Source: Takakia lepidozioides
Lineage: Eukaryota; Plantae; Bryophyta
Assembly: GCA_030704615.1 (NCBI GenBank)
Contig: CM060733.1
Span: 60,140,001 to 60,204,000 of the forward strand
DNA: 64,000 nt
Reading direction: 5' to 3'
The translations under genes and the position numbers were made by a program. This document shows positions 60,285 to 64,000 of the stretch, one piece after another; the first letter of the stretch is position 1, and each line of letters starts with the position of its first letter. Under the pieces are notes generated by a model that did no database searches, was not told the origin of the DNA, and saw only the letters and a list, made by a program, of their open reading frames with translations.

Positions 60285-60360
60285 AGAATGTACTCATAAG
60301 ACTTTGTTTGCCGTAGCCTTGTGGCCATTGCCCACGCCCCCAGTTTGAGTGGAACACGAA
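60285..60360 (-). mobile_element. Segment homologous to 9230-9300 in the CACTA TnpA-like region
   Basis: tactcataagac.ttgtttgc.gtagccttgtggccattg.cc...cccagtttgag is shared by both sites. Confidence 0.6.
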
Positions 60361-63201
60361 GGGACAGAACCTACCTTTGTCAGGGGCTGGCGTTGGTAGT
60401 AAGACTTACCTTGAAATAAACAATTGATCCCCGTTTTCCAGATATCCTCTAGAAATCCCTTCACACAAGCAACAATCTGCTGTATGTGGTTTGCCCAATG
60501 ACCAGGCCCCAAAAGCGCCTGGGCTTTTGGCTCAGCCTCGAGACCTTCAAAGTTGGTAAACAGAGGTACAGGCACAATTCCTTTGGACAGAGAGACAGAG
60601 AGAGAGAGAAAGAAGAGAGAAGACTCCGGCCAAGGCCGGCAAATAAAGAGCTGCAGACATGTTGATCCAGGCTCTCCAGGCATTCATAACGTGGCCACTG
60701 AGGAAGTGCTGGTGGCAAAACCACACTTCGTATTTGCAAAGAATTACAATGGGTTGTTTGGATTAGCCACCCAGGAAAACTCCTCCGCTATCTCTGCAAT
60801 TTGAGGTTCCAGCCCCAGAGCCTGCAAAAGAGCACACCATGTTGCACCAAACAGCAGCAAGAGCTACACTAACCATGTTCAAGCAGCATGGCAATACCCA
60901 ACAGGTGATACAGCTAAGCCCCAATAGCCTGCCCACACAGTTTCCAGTGTCCTCACCATTCCCAACAGAAAGCACAATATGTAACAGCAGCCGTGAGTGA
61001 GGCGGCACTAGCAAGGTTGAGCTCACCCAAGTCTCACACGTTTGTTATAGGAGAGATTGAGTGTCCATTTGAGGACTGGCATCTAAAAGACACTCGTATT
61101 ACATGCTTCTGGGATTTTACTGCTTATCATACTCAGGTCCTTTGTAAAAGACAAGGAACTTTACAATCATCCACGGGAAGCGCAAACAGTTCATACAAGA
61201 GAAACAGCGATGGGGCATCCTGGGCTGTTAAACTGTCCCTCAAATCTCTCCAAGTCTAACTCTGTACGTACTCAGACTTCATGGCACCTACAGCCTATAA
61301 AGCAAATAGTCCATCAAACCTCTCATGACCACCACAGCTCTATGCATTTTCTGTCCAATGACAAAGTTACGGATTTGAGAACGAATGCATGAGTGAGGGG
61401 AGAGAGAAGGTGATGTCACTTTGCTCAGAATTGATGGGACCCACCAATCTTCTGTCTGCCAGAAATTTTGGTGCATTCTGGCACCAGGATGCCTGGAACT
61501 TTCAGCAGACCATTGGGACCTTCGTTCTTGCTCCTCAACACCATGCCTCTCTTGCTTTTTTGCATGATAGAAGCGATGTAAGGGGGCCTTGAAATTGGTA
61601 CAGAGTGTGCATTGAGACATTGAGATTCCTATATTCAGTTTTCAATGTACAAACACTGGCTTCCAGCATCTTGGCAACCACGAGAACCCTTCGAAGACAC
61701 GATGACAGGCCTGCTCCTCTTGGAAAATAACAAAATATCCACAATACAATACACTACCAGGCCTCATCCTGGAACATAATAATCCATTGTCTCAACTGGC
61801 AGATTCAGAACTGATGTCTCCACCTGCACAGTGTCAAGTTCAAAAGAAACATCCCCTAGTTGACGTTATCTGTTCAGCAGAACCAAGGAAAGAAAACTAG
61901 GACAGCGCAATGCTAAAGCATATTAAAACTACAAAAGATGCCCACATCAACAACAAACATTCACGAGTGAGAATCTGTGCCTAGGCTGACCCAGGTCCAT
62001 CATTGGGGCCTCACATGCACACACATTGTAACACAAGCTGCCTCTCGAAAATTCATAAAATCAAATGAAATCACACTGCCTTGTATCACCTCTTCAAATG
62101 GGACAAAGACAAATGGGGCCATTCCTCGCCGGTGAGAAATTGCTGGAACGTCTGGGTCGTGTGTCTCATCATCCTGCCACCCTTCAATTGTGTCCATCAC
62201 ATCCTCTGCCCCACACATTTCATTGTTGTCCACCCCACAAGTCACCAGGGCAAGCACATCTAGTCGATTGTTGGCTCCAGCAACTGTCCCACGTAGCCTA
62301 CACAGTAGATTAATGAAAAAGATGACATACATGCTTAAAAGAGAATGTTACAGTATGTATCAGATAGCAATGTGTGACATCCAAAGGAATCAGCCTTGAA
62401 CAATAGTCAGGAACTGCAGGGATGAGAGAAGGTCAATCTACCAGAAAGAGTACATTCATTAGAATTTGCTTGCCATAGCCGCTCACAGACCCTGCTCCTA
62501 GTGACAGTAAAGGGGGGGAGAGGAGGAAGGATGATGAGGGAAGAGCACAACATGGGAACACTGTAGGAACTCAAACCCAGGTAGTTCGCCTGACCTTTAC
62601 CTTAATTGACCTCTCACTTTTTCGACAAAGCCCTCTACTGTAAAAGTAAAGTGGCCCTCTACTGTAAAAGTAAAGTGTTGCAAGTCCCTCCAGAATTCAA
62701 ATCCAAGGAGGGCCACAGCTTTCAGTTTCATCTTGAGCTTCTCTAACAGGCATGCACTGACAGTCTGCTGCTGCTTAGAGATAAGAGCTCATGCTCAAAA
62801 TTGTACCCAAAATGTTCATCATAGTCACATGTGACGTCACTGCTTTTGAAGAGGGACACACCATGATAGAGGTTAATAATTAAAAAGTTTGATCTGGGGT
62901 GCTTGCCCTTTTGTTGGCAGGGGGCAAAAGATGTGTGTCCCCACACACGTGAAAAATCCACTTATGTGGAGAGAAGTGCATGTACAGGTCATTACAAGGG
63001 AACCTAATTTGAACAGAAATTAGCAGGCACCCACTGTGAACCAGAAAGGCTCAATTACCGGAGGCGGATTCTCAAGACAGTAGGCTTCAAGCCTGTATAC
63101 AAAATGGCGGCATCCACCTGCTGACAACAGTATCCCAACATAACCTGTTACTGGTGGCCATACCACTGTCAACAAATAACGCTTACAATGCCACATAATC
63201 T

Positions 63202-63262
63202 GCTAGATGGCCCAGTGGTTATGGCAACAGGCCGCCCTGCCATGGTCGTGGGTTCAAATTGA
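63202..63262 (+). mobile_element. tRNA-derived SINE-like head
   Basis: A-box TGGCCCAGTGG at about 63208 and B-box GGTTCAAAT at about 63251. No complete cloverleaf. Confidence 0.4.
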
Positions 63263-64000
63263 TATAGGTGTACATTTGGTGTTTACAGACAACCTTATTC
63301 TAGGACACTGGGTAAACACCTAATAGTGTGCATACCTAGGGGCTAAATTTACTGTGGCAAGGACTCCACAATCGTATTGCCCCTATTATGGCTGTTGGAG
63401 GGTGTCCACCTCCCAAACGGGGTACAGTGGTCCTGTGTGGTGAAGAGACACCATAAATCACACTTGATTCGGCACATGTTATCCCTTTTCTTTCTTTCTG
63501 CATTTCTTAAACTTAATATACTTCAATTACAGAGGAATGACCTGATCATCATTGAGAATGCATCGACCACCATATACTCCATCTGATTTGGAAGGTCGAC
63601 TCTGCATATACTTGGCCACCTCCTTCAACCGCAATGGTGTTGTCTGTTCCATGACACCAGCACTTAGTGTGAATGTCAGTTTGTGTCTATCATACTGCAG
63701 TAGGAAACTGCCTGCCTCAGCATGCACTATCAGAAACAAGAAGAAAAATTCTTGGCAGTAGATCCTGTTATCTGATAAATCAGACCATCTACAATGTTGT
63801 CTGCACCTATAAACCCAAGGATGGGAAACAAGACATCTAGCGATGTAGGTATGCAGGAAGTCAAGAGGAGGCTCCTCACTGTAACTGAGAAGAAGTTCGA
63901 TGTGGTTGGGGAGCCCAAGGCCCAGATAAATCAACAAAGTGGTTTTAACTGGAGATAGACAGATCTTTTATCAATTCAAGCAGATACTGCACAGCTTGCG

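Noticed and set aside
63202-63262. Possible tRNA gene
   Set aside because: A- and B-box-like motifs are present but there is no acceptor stem or cloverleaf, so it is kept only as SINE-like.
60400-64000. Scattered minus-strand exon-like ORFs (61288-61744, 62000-62332, 63527-63937)
   Set aside because: May be remnants of a gene or transposon, but I could not assign a domain or a consistent splice model.

Overview
Transposon-dense plant nuclear DNA. The PLS/DYW-type PPR motifs and the retroelement types suggest a non-seed plant such as a moss, which is an inference. Host-like genes are few: a three-exon ATL-type RING-H2 E3 ligase (30133-32204) and two tandem double-DUF3444 genes, one frameshifted and one intact. 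A relic of an RNA polymerase second-largest subunit gene sits at the left edge. Most of the rest is nested mobile DNA. (1) A Tf1/Tcn1-like chromovirus (3906-26132) has a self-priming-type PBS and hosts three inserts: a CACTA whose TnpA-like gene encloses an FCP1/NIF phosphatase exon, a second Ty3/Gypsy with a ~1,180-codon extra ORF, and a 4.9-kb TIR element with an 8-bp TSD whose recognisable cargo is a mosaic of PPR-DYW RNA-editing-gene fragments. (2) A Copia element (33975-39273, TSD AGATA) contains a pogo-like transposase fragment and a MITE. (3) A Ty3/Gypsy element (44705-52693) has an extra ORF upstream of gag, a TTTAAAC/pseudoknot -1 frameshift signal and a dUTPase-like domain between protease and RT. 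There are also a complete 947-bp CACTA MITE, L1 LINE relics and SINE-like heads. The strongest candidates for something new are the PPR-DYW-carrying Pack-type transposon, the TnpA-phosphatase CACTA and the dUTPase-bearing Gypsy. Family assignments come from motif recognition by eye; no database searches were run.
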